A stretch of DNA of 64,000 nt from a bacterium (GTDB lineage Bacteria > UBA8248): NCBI GenBank assembly GCA_965213625.1, contig CBDBZU010000004.1, forward strand, positions 1,280,001 to 1,344,000, read 5' to 3'. Below are positions 38,191-47,840 of this stretch, piece by piece (the first letter of the stretch is position 1; each line of letters begins with the position of its first letter). The position numbers and the translations under genes are program-made. The notes beneath the pieces were generated by a model. The model ran no database searches. It was given only the letters and a program-made list of their open reading frames with translations, and had not been told where the DNA came from.

Positions 38191-40095
38191 ATGGATAGTC
38201 TGACCCTCATATTGGCGTTCCCCCTCATCGGCGTGCTGGTGAACCTGCTCTTCGGCTGGAAGCGCGGGGAGAAATTCGCCGGCTGGACCGCGACGCTGGT
38301 GATGGCGCTCGCGTTCGTGGCGTCTCTCGTGAGTTGGCTCCGCCTTCTGGGGATGCCCGAGAAGGGGCGGCTGATTCGCGTCGTCCTGTTCGAGTGGATT
38401 CCCGTGGGCGCTTTCGAGGTCAAGGCGAGCTTCTCGATGGATCCGCTCTCCGCCGTGATGGCGCTGGTCGTCACCGGCGTGGGGACGCTGATCCACATCT
38501 ACTCGATGGGCTACATGCACGGCGATCGCGGCGTGGTGCGCTATTTCATCTACCTGAACCTCTTCTCACTCTCCATGCTCACGCTCGTTCTGGGCGACAA
38601 CTTCGTGGTGATGTTCGTGGGCTGGGAGGCGGTGGGTCTTTGCAGCTACCTGCTCATCGGCTTCTGGTACGAGCGAAAGGCGGCGGCCGAGGCCGGCAAG
38701 AAAGCCTTCATCGTGAACCGGGTGGGTGATTTCTGTTTCCTGATTGCGCTTTTCTACATCTACAGCATAGTCGGCTCGCTGGATTACGCGACGGTGTTCG
38801 CAAAGGCTCCGGAGTTGCTCGCCCCCGAGAGCGCTGCTGCGACGATTATCTGCCTGCTGCTCTTCGCGGGCGCGACGGGCAAGAGCGCGCAGATTCCGCT
38901 TTACGTCTGGCTGCCCGACGCCATGGAAGGCCCCACCCCGGTAAGCGCCCTGATACACGCGGCGACGATGGTGACGGCGGGCGTCTACATGGTGGCGAGG
39001 GCGCACGTACTCTTCGAACTCTCCGCCACGGCGATGCTGGTGGTGGCCATTATCGGAGCGCTCACGCTGTTGATGGCGGCGTCCATCGCCCTGGTTCAGA
39101 CAGACATCAAGAAGGTGCTCGCCTACAGCACGGTGAGCCAACTGGGCTATATGTTCCTGGCATGCGGCGTGGGCGCGTTCTCCGCGGCGATCTTCCACCT
39201 GATGACCCATGCGTTCTTCAAGGCGCTCCTGTTCCTGGGCGCGGGAAGCGTGATTCACGCGCTTGACGGCGAGCAGGACATCCGCAGGATGGGCGGACTC
39301 CACGCGGCCCTGCCGCGTACGAGCAACACCTTCCTGATCGGCGCGCTGGCCATCGCAGGCGTATTCCCCTTCGCCGGCTTTTTCAGCAAGGACGCGATTC
39401 TCTACTCGGCCATGACGGCCGAGCGCGGTGGGGTGCTCCTGTGGCTCGCCGGCGCGGCGGGCGCTCTGATGACGGCGTTTTATATGTTCAGGCTATTGTT
39501 CCGCGTATTCTTCGGCACCTGCAGCCTGAGCCTGGCGGAGCAGCAGAAAGTCCATGAATCCCCCACGAACATGACGCTTCCGCTTCAGGCGCTGGCGGCG
39601 CTCTCCATCGTCGGCGGCTGGGTGGGGATTCCCATTATCACGGGGGCGAACGTTTTCGGCGATTTCCTGGCGCCTGCTTTCGGCGGTCACGTAGAGGCGC
39701 ACCATGAGGTGGTGTTTGAGATACTGATGATGTTGTTCTCGCTCGCCATCGCCTTTTTCGGCATTTACGCGGCCTACAATCTTTACGTCAAGAAAAACGA
39801 CGGCGGCAGCGCCTATGCGGAACTCTGGCCGGGCATCCACCGCCTTTTGGTGAACAAGTATTACGTGGACGAGATTTACGACGCCTGCATCATACAACCG
39901 GTGAAGCGGGCGTCGATCTGGTGCTGGAAAGCGTTCGAGGACGGTTTGGTGGACGCGGCCGTGAGCGGGGCGGGCATTTTCGTCAGGTCCCTGGGGGGCG
40001 TCCTGAGGCGTCTCCAGACGGGCTACGTGAAGAGCTACGCCGTTTCGATGCTGGTCGGCGCGCTGGTGATTCTGCTGTATCTCACGGCGCGTTGA
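38191..40095 (+). CDS. nuoL: NADH-quinone oxidoreductase subunit L (operon 1)
   Basis: GWEAVGLCSYLLIGFW, GKSAQIPLYVWLPDAMEGPTPVSALIHAATMV. Confidence 0.96.
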   Translation: MDSLTLILAFPLIGVLVNLLFGWKRGEKFAGWTATLVMALAFVASLVSWLRLLGMPEKGRLIRVVLFEWIPVGAFEVKASFSMDPLSAVMALVVTGVGTLIHIYSMGYMHGDRGVVRYFIYLNLFSLSMLTLVLGDNFVVMFVGWEAVGLCSYLLIGFWYERKAAAEAGKKAFIVNRVGDFCFLIALFYIYSIVGSLDYATVFAKAPELLAPESAAATIICLLLFAGATGKSAQIPLYVWLPDAMEGPTPVSALIHAATMVTAGVYMVARAHVLFELSATAMLVVAIIGALTLLMAASIALVQTDIKKVLAYSTVSQLGYMFLACGVGAFSAAIFHLMTHAFFKALLFLGAGSVIHALDGEQDIRRMGGLHAALPRTSNTFLIGALAIAGVFPFAGFFSKDAILYSAMTAERGGVLLWLAGAAGALMTAFYMFRLLFRVFFGTCSLSLAEQQKVHESPTNMTLPLQALAALSIVGGWVGIPIITGANVFGDFLAPAFGGHVEAHHEVVFEILMMLFSLAIAFFGIYAAYNLYVKKNDGGSAYAELWPGIHRLLVNKYYVDEIYDACIIQPVKRASIWCWKAFEDGLVDAAVSGAGIFVRSLGGVLRRLQTGYVKSYAVSMLVGALVILLYLTAR

Positions 40096-40131
40096 TGATT
40101 CTTTTGATTCTTTGAGGAGCGTGAGGGGCGA

Positions 40132-41688
40132 GTGCCTGGAATAATCACCTCGATACTGTTTTTGCCCATGCTCGGGGGCCTGCTGCTCCTGTTCGCGCGC
40201 GAGGGCGCGCGGAAGGGAAGCGGAGGCGTCCGCGCGTTCGCGCTGGCGGTATCCCTGGTCACGTTCGCCCTCTCGGTGGTGATGTACGTGGGCTTCCGGC
40301 CCGATTACGCGGGCATGCAGTTCATCGAGGAAGCGGCGTGGATACCGAGGTTCGGGATTGCATACAAAGTGGGCGTGGACGGCATCAGCCTGCTGCTCGT
40401 GATGCTGACCACCATCCTGACGCCCGTCGCGATACTCTTCTCCTTCGAGGACGTGCGGAAAAAGACGCGGCTCTACTACATGTCCCTGCTGTTCCTGGAG
40501 ACGGGGATGCTCGGCGTGTTCTTCGCGCTCGATTTCTTCCTGTTCTATGTCTTCTGGGAAGGAATGCTGATTCCGATGTACCTCATCATCGGGGTCTGGG
40601 GCGGAGACCGCCGGATATACGCGGCCGTGAAGTTCTTCCTCTACACCATGGCCGGAAGCGTGCTGATGCTCGTGGCGATCATCTGGCTGTACTTCGCGAG
40701 CGGGGTCGGCACGTTCGACATCCTGGCGCATTTCAGAGAACCCGTGGACGCCGCCCTCCAGCCGTGGCTGTTCGCCGCGTTCGCCATCTCCTTCGCCATC
40801 AAGGTGCCGATTTTTCCGTTTCACACCTGGCTGCCCGACGCCCACGTGGAAGCGCCCACGGCGGGAAGCGTCATCCTCGCCGGCGTTCTCCTGAAGATGG
40901 GCACGTACGGCTTCATGAGGCTGGCGATGCCGCTGTTCCCGACGGCGGCGCGCGAGTTCGCGTTTCTCATCATCTGCCTGGCGCTGGTGGGGATCATCTA
41001 CGGGGCGCTCATGGCCATGGTGCAGACCGACGTGAAAAAACTCGTGGCCTACTCCTCGGTGAGTCACCTGGGCTTCGTGATGCTGGGGCTTTTCTCCTTC
41101 AACCTGCTGGGCGCTTCGGGAAGCGTTATCCAGATGGTGAACCACGGCATCAGCAGCGGAGCGCTCTTCCTGATAGTGGGCTTCATCTACTCGAGGCGGC
41201 ACACGCGGCAAATCGAGGAATTCGGCGGCCTCCTTCGGGTGATGCCCGTATTTTCGACGTTTTTCATCATCACGGCGCTGAGCAGCATCGGCCTCCCGGG
41301 GCTGAACGGGTTCGTGGGCGAGTTCACGATTCTGCTGGGCGCGTTCGAGCGCAACGCCTGGTTCGCCGTAATCGCGGCCACCGGCGTGGTTCTCTCGGCG
41401 GTCTACATGCTCTGGATGCTGCAGCGCGTGCTGTTCGGCGAGGTGAACGTGCGGGCGAACCAGGGGCTGGCCGACATGAACAGGCGCGAGTGGCTCGTCA
41501 TGCTGCCCATGGTGGCGCTGATGTTCTGGATAGGGCTGTACCCCAAGCCGTTGTTCAACCGCATCGAGCCGTCGGCCCAGGCCTGGCTCTCGCAGGTGAA
41601 CCGCCGGGTGCTGCGCGTGGAGAAGGCGCCCGAGCGGAAACTGCAAAAGAGCGCGCTCGCTCATGCGCATAGAGTCGAGGTGAAATAG
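40132..41688 (+). CDS. nuoM: NADH-quinone oxidoreductase subunit M (operon 1)
   Basis: HTWLPDAHVEAPT, LLKMGTYG, AYSSVSH, GLPGLNGFVGE. Confidence 0.96.
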   Translation: MPGIITSILFLPMLGGLLLLFAREGARKGSGGVRAFALAVSLVTFALSVVMYVGFRPDYAGMQFIEEAAWIPRFGIAYKVGVDGISLLLVMLTTILTPVAILFSFEDVRKKTRLYYMSLLFLETGMLGVFFALDFFLFYVFWEGMLIPMYLIIGVWGGDRRIYAAVKFFLYTMAGSVLMLVAIIWLYFASGVGTFDILAHFREPVDAALQPWLFAAFAISFAIKVPIFPFHTWLPDAHVEAPTAGSVILAGVLLKMGTYGFMRLAMPLFPTAAREFAFLIICLALVGIIYGALMAMVQTDVKKLVAYSSVSHLGFVMLGLFSFNLLGASGSVIQMVNHGISSGALFLIVGFIYSRRHTRQIEEFGGLLRVMPVFSTFFIITALSSIGLPGLNGFVGEFTILLGAFERNAWFAVIAATGVVLSAVYMLWMLQRVLFGEVNVRANQGLADMNRREWLVMLPMVALMFWIGLYPKPLFNRIEPSAQAWLSQVNRRVLRVEKAPERKLQKSALAHAHRVEVK

Positions 41689-41690
41689 CT

Positions 41691-43175
41691 TTGGAAATCG
41701 TTCATCCCACAATCCATTGGGGGTACCTGCTCCCGGTGATCCTGCCGGTGTTCGGGGCGGTGGTTGTGTTGATGTGGGACGCTTTTCTCGCGAAAGGGGA
41801 GCGCTCCGTCATCATCATCATTTCGCTGGTGACGCTGGCCGCCGCCCTGGGGGTGACGCTCGGCGCGCGCGCCCTGCCGGGTCTGGCCGCGTCGTTCGGC
41901 GGCATGTACCTCTTCGACGGGTTCACGCAGTTTCTCTACGTCGTCATCCTGTTCGCGAGCATTTTCTCGGTGCTCATCGCCGCGGCCCAGCGGGAGCTGG
42001 ACGATACGCCCGCGGGCGAGTATTTCGGCCTCATCCTCTTCGCCACCTCCGGCATGATGCTCATGGCGGCGACGCGGAACCTGCTGATGATATTCGTGGG
42101 CCTGGAAGTGTTCTCACTTTCGCTCTACGTCCTGGCGGGTTATCTGCGCGCGCGTCCCGAGGGGAACGAGGCGTCACTCAAATACTTCCTGCTCGGTTCG
42201 TTCGCCTCGGGCTTCCTGCTCTACGGCATGGCGCTCGTCTACGGCGCGACCGGCTCGGTCGACCTGATAGAGATAGCGACGCGGCTTCACGAGAATCCCG
42301 CCTCGCGCGGGGCGGTCTTCCTGATGGGCCTGGGCTTCATGGTGGTTGGGCTGGGCTTCAAGGTGGCCGCGGCGCCGTTTTACATGTGGACGCCCGACGT
42401 CTACGAGGGCGCGCCCACCGCGGTGACGGCTTTCATGTCCGTGGGGCCCAAGGCGGCGGCTTTCGCCGCGTTCTTCAGGGTATTTCTCTCCGCGGGCGAC
42501 GCCGGCGGGAGCTTCGATTCGGTATTGTGGGTGATGGCCGTGCTCACGATGAGCCTAGCGAACCTGGTCGCGATCTGGCAGACCTGCGTGAAGCGGATGC
42601 TCGCCTATTCCAGCATCGCCCATGCCGGGTATCTCATGGTCGCGCTCGTGGCCTCGCGCACGAGCGCGGAGCTTGCGACGAGCGGGTTCCTCTACTACAT
42701 GCTCGTCTACGTTTTCATGAACATGGGCGCTTTCTGCGTGCTCATTCTCATTTCGAACATGCGCGAGGACGGCGGCACGAAGCTCGACAATCTCGCAGGT
42801 CTGGCTTCTTTCCGGCCGGGTCTCGCGGCTGCGATGGCCGTGTTCATGGTGTCGCTCTCCGGCCTGCCGCCCACGGGAGGCTTCGTGGCGAAATTCCACG
42901 TGTTCAGCGCGGCGCTGAACGGCGGGTACGTCTGGCTGACCGTGATTGCGGTGCTCAACAGCGTGGTGGCCGTGTATTACTACCTGCGGATCGTCGTGGT
43001 GATGTATATGCGCGAGCCACAAGCACAAGGCGGAGTTGCGAGATCCGCTCCGCATCCAGGCTGGACCTACGCGGTCACGGCGCTCGTGCTCGCCGTCGCG
43101 AGCACCCTGCAACTGGGGATTTTCCCCTCCTCGGTGCTGGATTTCGCCCATCGCTCCACAGTCTTTTTTAATTGA
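41691..43175 (+). CDS. nuoN: NADH-quinone oxidoreductase subunit N (operon 1)
   Basis: EASLKYF, FK..AAPF.MWTPDVYEGAPT, KRMLAYSSIAH. Confidence 0.96.
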   Translation: MEIVHPTIHWGYLLPVILPVFGAVVVLMWDAFLAKGERSVIIIISLVTLAAALGVTLGARALPGLAASFGGMYLFDGFTQFLYVVILFASIFSVLIAAAQRELDDTPAGEYFGLILFATSGMMLMAATRNLLMIFVGLEVFSLSLYVLAGYLRARPEGNEASLKYFLLGSFASGFLLYGMALVYGATGSVDLIEIATRLHENPASRGAVFLMGLGFMVVGLGFKVAAAPFYMWTPDVYEGAPTAVTAFMSVGPKAAAFAAFFRVFLSAGDAGGSFDSVLWVMAVLTMSLANLVAIWQTCVKRMLAYSSIAHAGYLMVALVASRTSAELATSGFLYYMLVYVFMNMGAFCVLILISNMREDGGTKLDNLAGLASFRPGLAAAMAVFMVSLSGLPPTGGFVAKFHVFSAALNGGYVWLTVIAVLNSVVAVYYYLRIVVVMYMREPQAQGGVARSAPHPGWTYAVTALVLAVASTLQLGIFPSSVLDFAHRSTVFFN

Positions 43176-43205
43176 CCTCAGGGGTTGGTTTTTCGGTAGT
43201 CGCCA

Positions 43206-43214
43206 TGATATAAG
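43206..43214 (+). promoter_or_regulatory. Candidate extended -10 promoter for the second nuo operon
   Basis: TGATATAAG in the ~170-bp gap between nuoN and the second nuoA. Confidence 0.3.
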
Positions 43215-43343
43215 TTTTGGCGGTTCGTTCGATTTCAGGCTTTTGTTCCAGGGGTTTTCGAGGGAAATGACCGCCTTGCGGCAACGATGAAGGCGGCGCA
43301 ATTTCATCGCCCTGGCGGTTTGCGAATTTTGTGGGGGCCACGC

Positions 43344-43745
43344 ATGGATGCGATGGAGTTTCTAGGCGCTTTTTTCAGGGATTATCAGGCCATCAATCCC
43401 TACGTCCCCATTTTCCTGATCACGCTCATGGCGGCCGCTCTCGGCGCGAGCATTCTGATCATCGCGCTGGTCATCCGCCCGAACAACCCGGACCCCGAGA
43501 AAAATTCCCCGTATGAGTGCGGCATGCCCCCCCTGATGGAGGCGCACGAGCGCTTCTCCATCCGGTTCTACCTGCTGGGAATCCTGTTCCTGCTTTTCGA
43601 CGTGGAGGCCTTGTTCCTCTTCCCCTGGGCGGTGCGCTACGATGCGCTCGGGCTATTCGGGTTTATCGAGATGATGCTGTTCATCGGCATCCTTTTGGTG
43701 GGTTATTTCTACGCTTGGAGAAAAGGAGCCTTGGAGTGGGCTTAG
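43344..43745 (+). CDS. nuoA: Complex I-like subunit A (operon 2)
   Basis: PYECG, FDVE, KGALEWA. Confidence 0.94.
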   Translation: MDAMEFLGAFFRDYQAINPYVPIFLITLMAAALGASILIIALVIRPNNPDPEKNSPYECGMPPLMEAHERFSIRFYLLGILFLLFDVEALFLFPWAVRYDALGLFGFIEMMLFIGILLVGYFYAWRKGALEWA

Positions 43746-44212
43746 TCGAGGGCAAGTTCAGCGACAACTTCGTCACGTCGAAGGTCGACAGCCTGGTCGC
43801 CTGGGCGAGGAAGAGCGCGCTTTGGCCGATGACCTTCGGCCTGGCGTGCTGCGCCATCGAGATGATGGCCTCGGGCGCCGCGCGCTACGATTTCGACCGT
43901 TTCGGGGTGATCTTCCGGGCCACGCCGCGCCAGTCCGACGTGATCATCGTGGCGGGCACCGTCACCCACAAGATGGGGGACGCGATTCGCAAGGTCTACG
44001 ACCAGATGCCCGAGCCGCGCTGGGTGATCGCGATGGGCAACTGCGCCACATGCGGCGGCCCGTATGCGAACTACGCGGTGATGCAGGGAGTGGATGAAAT
44101 CATCCCGGTGGACGTCTACGTTCCGGGTTGCCCGCCCAGGCCCGAATCCTTGATGTGGGGCGTCATGCAGCTTCAGAAAAAAATTGAACAGGAAAAATAC
44201 ATCCGCCGGTAA
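43736..44212 (+). CDS. nuoB: Complex I-like subunit B (operon 2)
   Basis: [28 protein letters not shown]; GTG start overlapping nuoA as in operon 1. Confidence 0.94.
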   Translation: MGLVEGKFSDNFVTSKVDSLVAWARKSALWPMTFGLACCAIEMMASGAARYDFDRFGVIFRATPRQSDVIIVAGTVTHKMGDAIRKVYDQMPEPRWVIAMGNCATCGGPYANYAVMQGVDEIIPVDVYVPGCPPRPESLMWGVMQLQKKIEQEKYIRR

Positions 44213-44238
44213 TAACCTGCGGCGCACAAGGGAAGAAG

Positions 44239-44829
44239 ATGCCGGACGAAGTGGTGGAAGACAGCGAAGAGACGAACGGCGCGCCTGATTCCGATGAGGC
44301 CGCCGAGGCCGTGAAGACCCCTCCGGGCGAGGATTTGAAGGAGGTGGTGGAATCTGCGTTTCCGGGCGCGGTTCTGGAGCAGAGCGCCTACGAGGACGAT
44401 GAGGACGAGACGACGTTCGTCGTGGGGCTCGATTCCATCGTCGCCATGTGCACGCATCTGCGCGACCACGGCGATACGCTCTTCAAGCTCCTCACCGACT
44501 TGACGGCGGCGCACTACCCGGAGGCCGAGTATCCCTTCGAGATGCTGTATCAGCTCTATAGCATCGAGCATAACCGCAGGCTTCGCCTCAAGGTGCGGAT
44601 CAAGGAAGGCCAGGCGATGCCTACGGTTTCGGGCGTATGGAGCAGCGCGGACTGGATGGAGCGCGAGGTCTACGATTTATTCGGAATCGAATTCGAGGGT
44701 CATCCGGATCTCAGGCGGATACTTCTGCCCGACAATTGGGGCAGCCATCCGATGCGGAAAGACTATCCGCTCGAGGGTCGCGGAGAGCGGATTTACACCA
44801 AGCCGAAACGCAAGGAAATCGGCGATTAA
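44239..44829 (+). CDS. nuoC: Complex I-like subunit C (operon 2)
   Basis: W.EREVYDLFGIEFEGHPDLRRILLP, HPMRKDYP. Confidence 0.94.
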   Translation: MPDEVVEDSEETNGAPDSDEAAEAVKTPPGEDLKEVVESAFPGAVLEQSAYEDDEDETTFVVGLDSIVAMCTHLRDHGDTLFKLLTDLTAAHYPEAEYPFEMLYQLYSIEHNRRLRLKVRIKEGQAMPTVSGVWSSADWMEREVYDLFGIEFEGHPDLRRILLPDNWGSHPMRKDYPLEGRGERIYTKPKRKEIGD

Positions 44830-44858
44830 AGCGGTATCGCTTTTGAGGGAATGAGGGA

Positions 44859-45998
44859 ATGGTCGGCGTAGCGAACACGTCTCGTATCGAGCAGAGCACC
44901 CTGCACGGGACCGAAGAACTCGTCATCAACATGGGTCCGCAGCACCCGAGCACGCACGGGGTGCTCCGGGTGATCCTGAAGCTCGACGGCGAGACGGTGA
45001 ACGATCTCGACTGCGACATCGGCTACCTGCACCGCGGCACGGAGAAGATTGGCGAGAACATCACCTACACGATGTTCATCCCCTATACGGACAGGCTCGA
45101 CTACATCGCCGCCCCCTCGAACAATCTCGCTTGGGTGACGGCGGTGGAGAAATTCTTCGACTGGGAGATCCCCATGCGGGCGCAGTACATCCGCTCGATG
45201 GTGGGGGAGCTCTCCCGAATCGCCAGCCATCTGCTCTGGCTCGCCACGCACGCGCTCGACATCGGGGCGATGACGGTGTTCCTGTGGTGTTTCAGAGAGC
45301 GCGAGATGGTGCTCGACCTGTTTGAGACAGCTTTCGGCGGCCGCCTGACGGTGAACGCCTTCCGCCTGGGCGGTCTGCACGAGGACGTGCCGGACAAGTT
45401 CCTGCAGCTCACGCAGGAGTTCATCGACATCTTCCCGAGCCGGATCGACGACTACGAGACGCTGCTCACCAACAACCGCATCTGGCTGCAGAGGACGCGC
45501 GACGTGGGCATCATCTCCGCCGAGGACGCGATGGACTTAGGCCTCACGGGCCCGATCATCCGGGGAAGCGGCGTGCGCTGGGACTTGAGGCGCGCGAAGC
45601 CCTATGCGGCGTATCCCTATCTCGACTTCGTCGTGCCCGTGGGCGAGAACGGCGACATCTACGACCGTTATCTGGTGCGCATCGAGGAATTGCGTCAGAG
45701 CACCCATATCATCCAGCAGTGCCTGGCGCAGCTTCCCGGCGGGCCGGTGACCTGCAAGACGCCGCGCACCATCAAGCCCCCCGAGGGCGAGATATACCAC
45801 AGCATCGAAAACCCCAAGGGCGAGTTCGGCTTCTACATCGTGAGCGATGGGACGACGACGCCCTACCGGGTCCGCATCCGTCCGCCCTCGTTCATCAACC
45901 TCGGCGGTCTCAAGAAGCTGTGCGTCGGGCAGTTGGTCGCGGACGTGGTGGCCATCATCGGAAGCATCGACATCGTGTTGGGCGAGTGTGATCGGTAA
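44859..45998 (+). CDS. nuoD: Complex I-like subunit D (operon 2, short form)
   Basis: GPQHPSTHGVLR, DRLDY, ENPKGE, GECDR; 379 aa. Confidence 0.95.
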   Translation: MVGVANTSRIEQSTLHGTEELVINMGPQHPSTHGVLRVILKLDGETVNDLDCDIGYLHRGTEKIGENITYTMFIPYTDRLDYIAAPSNNLAWVTAVEKFFDWEIPMRAQYIRSMVGELSRIASHLLWLATHALDIGAMTVFLWCFREREMVLDLFETAFGGRLTVNAFRLGGLHEDVPDKFLQLTQEFIDIFPSRIDDYETLLTNNRIWLQRTRDVGIISAEDAMDLGLTGPIIRGSGVRWDLRRAKPYAAYPYLDFVVPVGENGDIYDRYLVRIEELRQSTHIIQQCLAQLPGGPVTCKTPRTIKPPEGEIYHSIENPKGEFGFYIVSDGTTTPYRVRIRPPSFINLGGLKKLCVGQLVADVVAIIGSIDIVLGECDR

Positions 45999-46010
45999 GG
46001 AGTAGCTTCG

Positions 46011-46982
46011 TTGGAAATGGCGCTTGAAGTCGCGGTCGCCGCGATAAAGATATTCATCGTAGTAAACGTGGTGCAACTCGTGGTGGCGTATTTGATCTAC
46101 GTCGAGCGAAAGGTGATCGCCCACGTACAGATGCGCCTCGGGCCGATGCGCGTGGGCTGGCACGGCCTATTGCAGCCGATAGCGGATGGGCTGAAGCTGT
46201 TCCTCAAGGAAGACATCGTTCCCGACAAGGCGGACCGCGTCGTGTTCGTGCTGGCGCCCGTGATGGTGCTGGTGCCCGCTCTCGTCGTCTACGCGGTGCT
46301 GCCCTTCAGCGCGACGTTCTACATCACGCAAATCAACATCGGACTGTTCTTCGTTCTGGCGGTGAGTTCGCTCGGCGTGTTCGGCGTCGTGATGGCTGGC
46401 TGGGCCTCGAACAGCAAATACTCGCTTCTGGGCGCGCTCCGGAGCGCGGCGCAGATGCTGAGCTACGAGATTTTTCTGGGCTTCTCCGTCATCGGGCCGC
46501 TGATGCTGGCGGGCTCCTTGAACCTGCAGGAGATCGTGCACGCGCAGAGCGACGTGTGGTTCGTGTTCTATCAGCCGTTGGCCTTTATCGTCTTCTTCGT
46601 CGCCGCGCTGGCGGAGACGAACCGCGCGCCCTTCGACCTGCCCGAGGCGGAGACCGAGCTCGTGGCCGGCTTCCACACCGAATACAGCGGGATGAAGTTC
46701 GCGTTCTTCTTCCTGGCGGAATACGCCAGCATGATAGTCATATCCACGATAGGCATCGTGCTCTTTTTCGGCGGATGGGATGGGCCGGATTTCATTCCGC
46801 TCCCCGGCTTCGTCTGGTACGTCTTGAAGCTCTCCGCTTTCATGTTCGTGTTCATCTGGCTGCGGGCGACGCTGCCGCGCTACCGCTACGATCAACTCAT
46901 GCGCGTGGGCTGGAAATTCATGTTCCCGCTCGTGATGTTCAACATATTCCTCACCGGTTTTCTGAAGTACCTGTTCTTGTAA
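46011..46982 (+). CDS. nuoH: Complex I-like subunit H (operon 2)
   Basis: [42 protein letters not shown]. Confidence 0.95.
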   Translation: MEMALEVAVAAIKIFIVVNVVQLVVAYLIYVERKVIAHVQMRLGPMRVGWHGLLQPIADGLKLFLKEDIVPDKADRVVFVLAPVMVLVPALVVYAVLPFSATFYITQINIGLFFVLAVSSLGVFGVVMAGWASNSKYSLLGALRSAAQMLSYEIFLGFSVIGPLMLAGSLNLQEIVHAQSDVWFVFYQPLAFIVFFVAALAETNRAPFDLPEAETELVAGFHTEYSGMKFAFFFLAEYASMIVISTIGIVLFFGGWDGPDFIPLPGFVWYVLKLSAFMFVFIWLRATLPRYRYDQLMRVGWKFMFPLVMFNIFLTGFLKYLFL

Positions 46983-47001
46983 CTCGCGGGAGAGACGCAG
47001 G

Positions 47002-47511
47002 GTGGAACTTTATTTCTTTTATATGTTCTCAGGCGGGATGATCCTCACCTCCTTGCTGATGATCACGCGCGCGAACGTGATTCACGCGGCCCTGTTGCTG
47101 GTGCTGACGTTCTTCCAGCTGTCGGGCGTCTTCGTGCTGGCGGGGGCGGAGTTTCTCGCGGCGGTGCAGATTCTGCTCTACGCGGGCGGCATCATGGTGC
47201 TGTACCTGTTCTCGATCATGCTGATGAACGTGGAAGTGGCCGTGCGGATGCGGCAATGGCACCGCCAGGGCGTCGTGGTGTTCGTGGCGGCCGTCCTGCT
47301 GGGCCTGGAAATATGGGCCGTGCTGGGGGACGTGGAGTTCGCGGCGCCCAAGCAGTGGGAATGGTCGCTGGGCGCCACGCCGGGCAACGTCGAGGCCCTG
47401 GGCGCGGTCTTGTACACGAAATTCCTGTTCCCCTTCGAGGTGGCTTCCATCCTCCTGCTGGCCGCGATGATCGGCGCCATCGTTCTCGCGAAGCGCAGGA
47501 TAGAGCGATAA
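47002..47511 (+). CDS. nuoJ: Complex I-like subunit J (operon 2)
   Basis: [32 protein letters not shown]. Confidence 0.94.
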   Translation: MELYFFYMFSGGMILTSLLMITRANVIHAALLLVLTFFQLSGVFVLAGAEFLAAVQILLYAGGIMVLYLFSIMLMNVEVAVRMRQWHRQGVVVFVAAVLLGLEIWAVLGDVEFAAPKQWEWSLGATPGNVEALGAVLYTKFLFPFEVASILLLAAMIGAIVLAKRRIER

Positions 47512-47530
47512 AGGGGAGAGAGGACCCGCT

Positions 47531-47833
47531 ATGATATCGATGACCCATTTTCTCGTCCTGGGCGCCATATTGTTCCTCATCGGCGCGATGGGTGTGCTGA
47601 TGCGCCGCAACGCCATCATTATCCTGTTGTCCATCGAGTTGATGCTCAACGCCGTGAACGTGACCTTTGTGGGCTTCTCGCGCCATCTGGCGGATATGAC
47701 GGGCCAGGTGTTCGCCATCTTCGTCATTACCGTGGCGGCGTGCGAGGCGGCCGTGGGACTCGCGATTCTCATCGCGCTCAACCGCGACCGCACGATGGTC
47801 AACGTGGACGAAGTCAACCTTTTGAAGTGGTAG
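47531..47833 (+). CDS. nuoK: Complex I-like subunit K (operon 2)
   Basis: [23 protein letters not shown]. Confidence 0.95.
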   Translation: MISMTHFLVLGAILFLIGAMGVLMRRNAIIILLSIELMLNAVNVTFVGFSRHLADMTGQVFAIFVITVAACEAAVGLAILIALNRDRTMVNVDEVNLLKW

Positions 47834-47840
47834 GGGAATC

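Noticed and set aside
39493-41712. Long antisense or alternate-frame ORFs over real genes (e.g. 39493-41712, 47814-49397, 47855-49870, 25178-26701, 53867-55594)
   Set aside because: Shadow ORFs expected from high GC3 codon bias; they show no family motifs and overlap well-supported genes.
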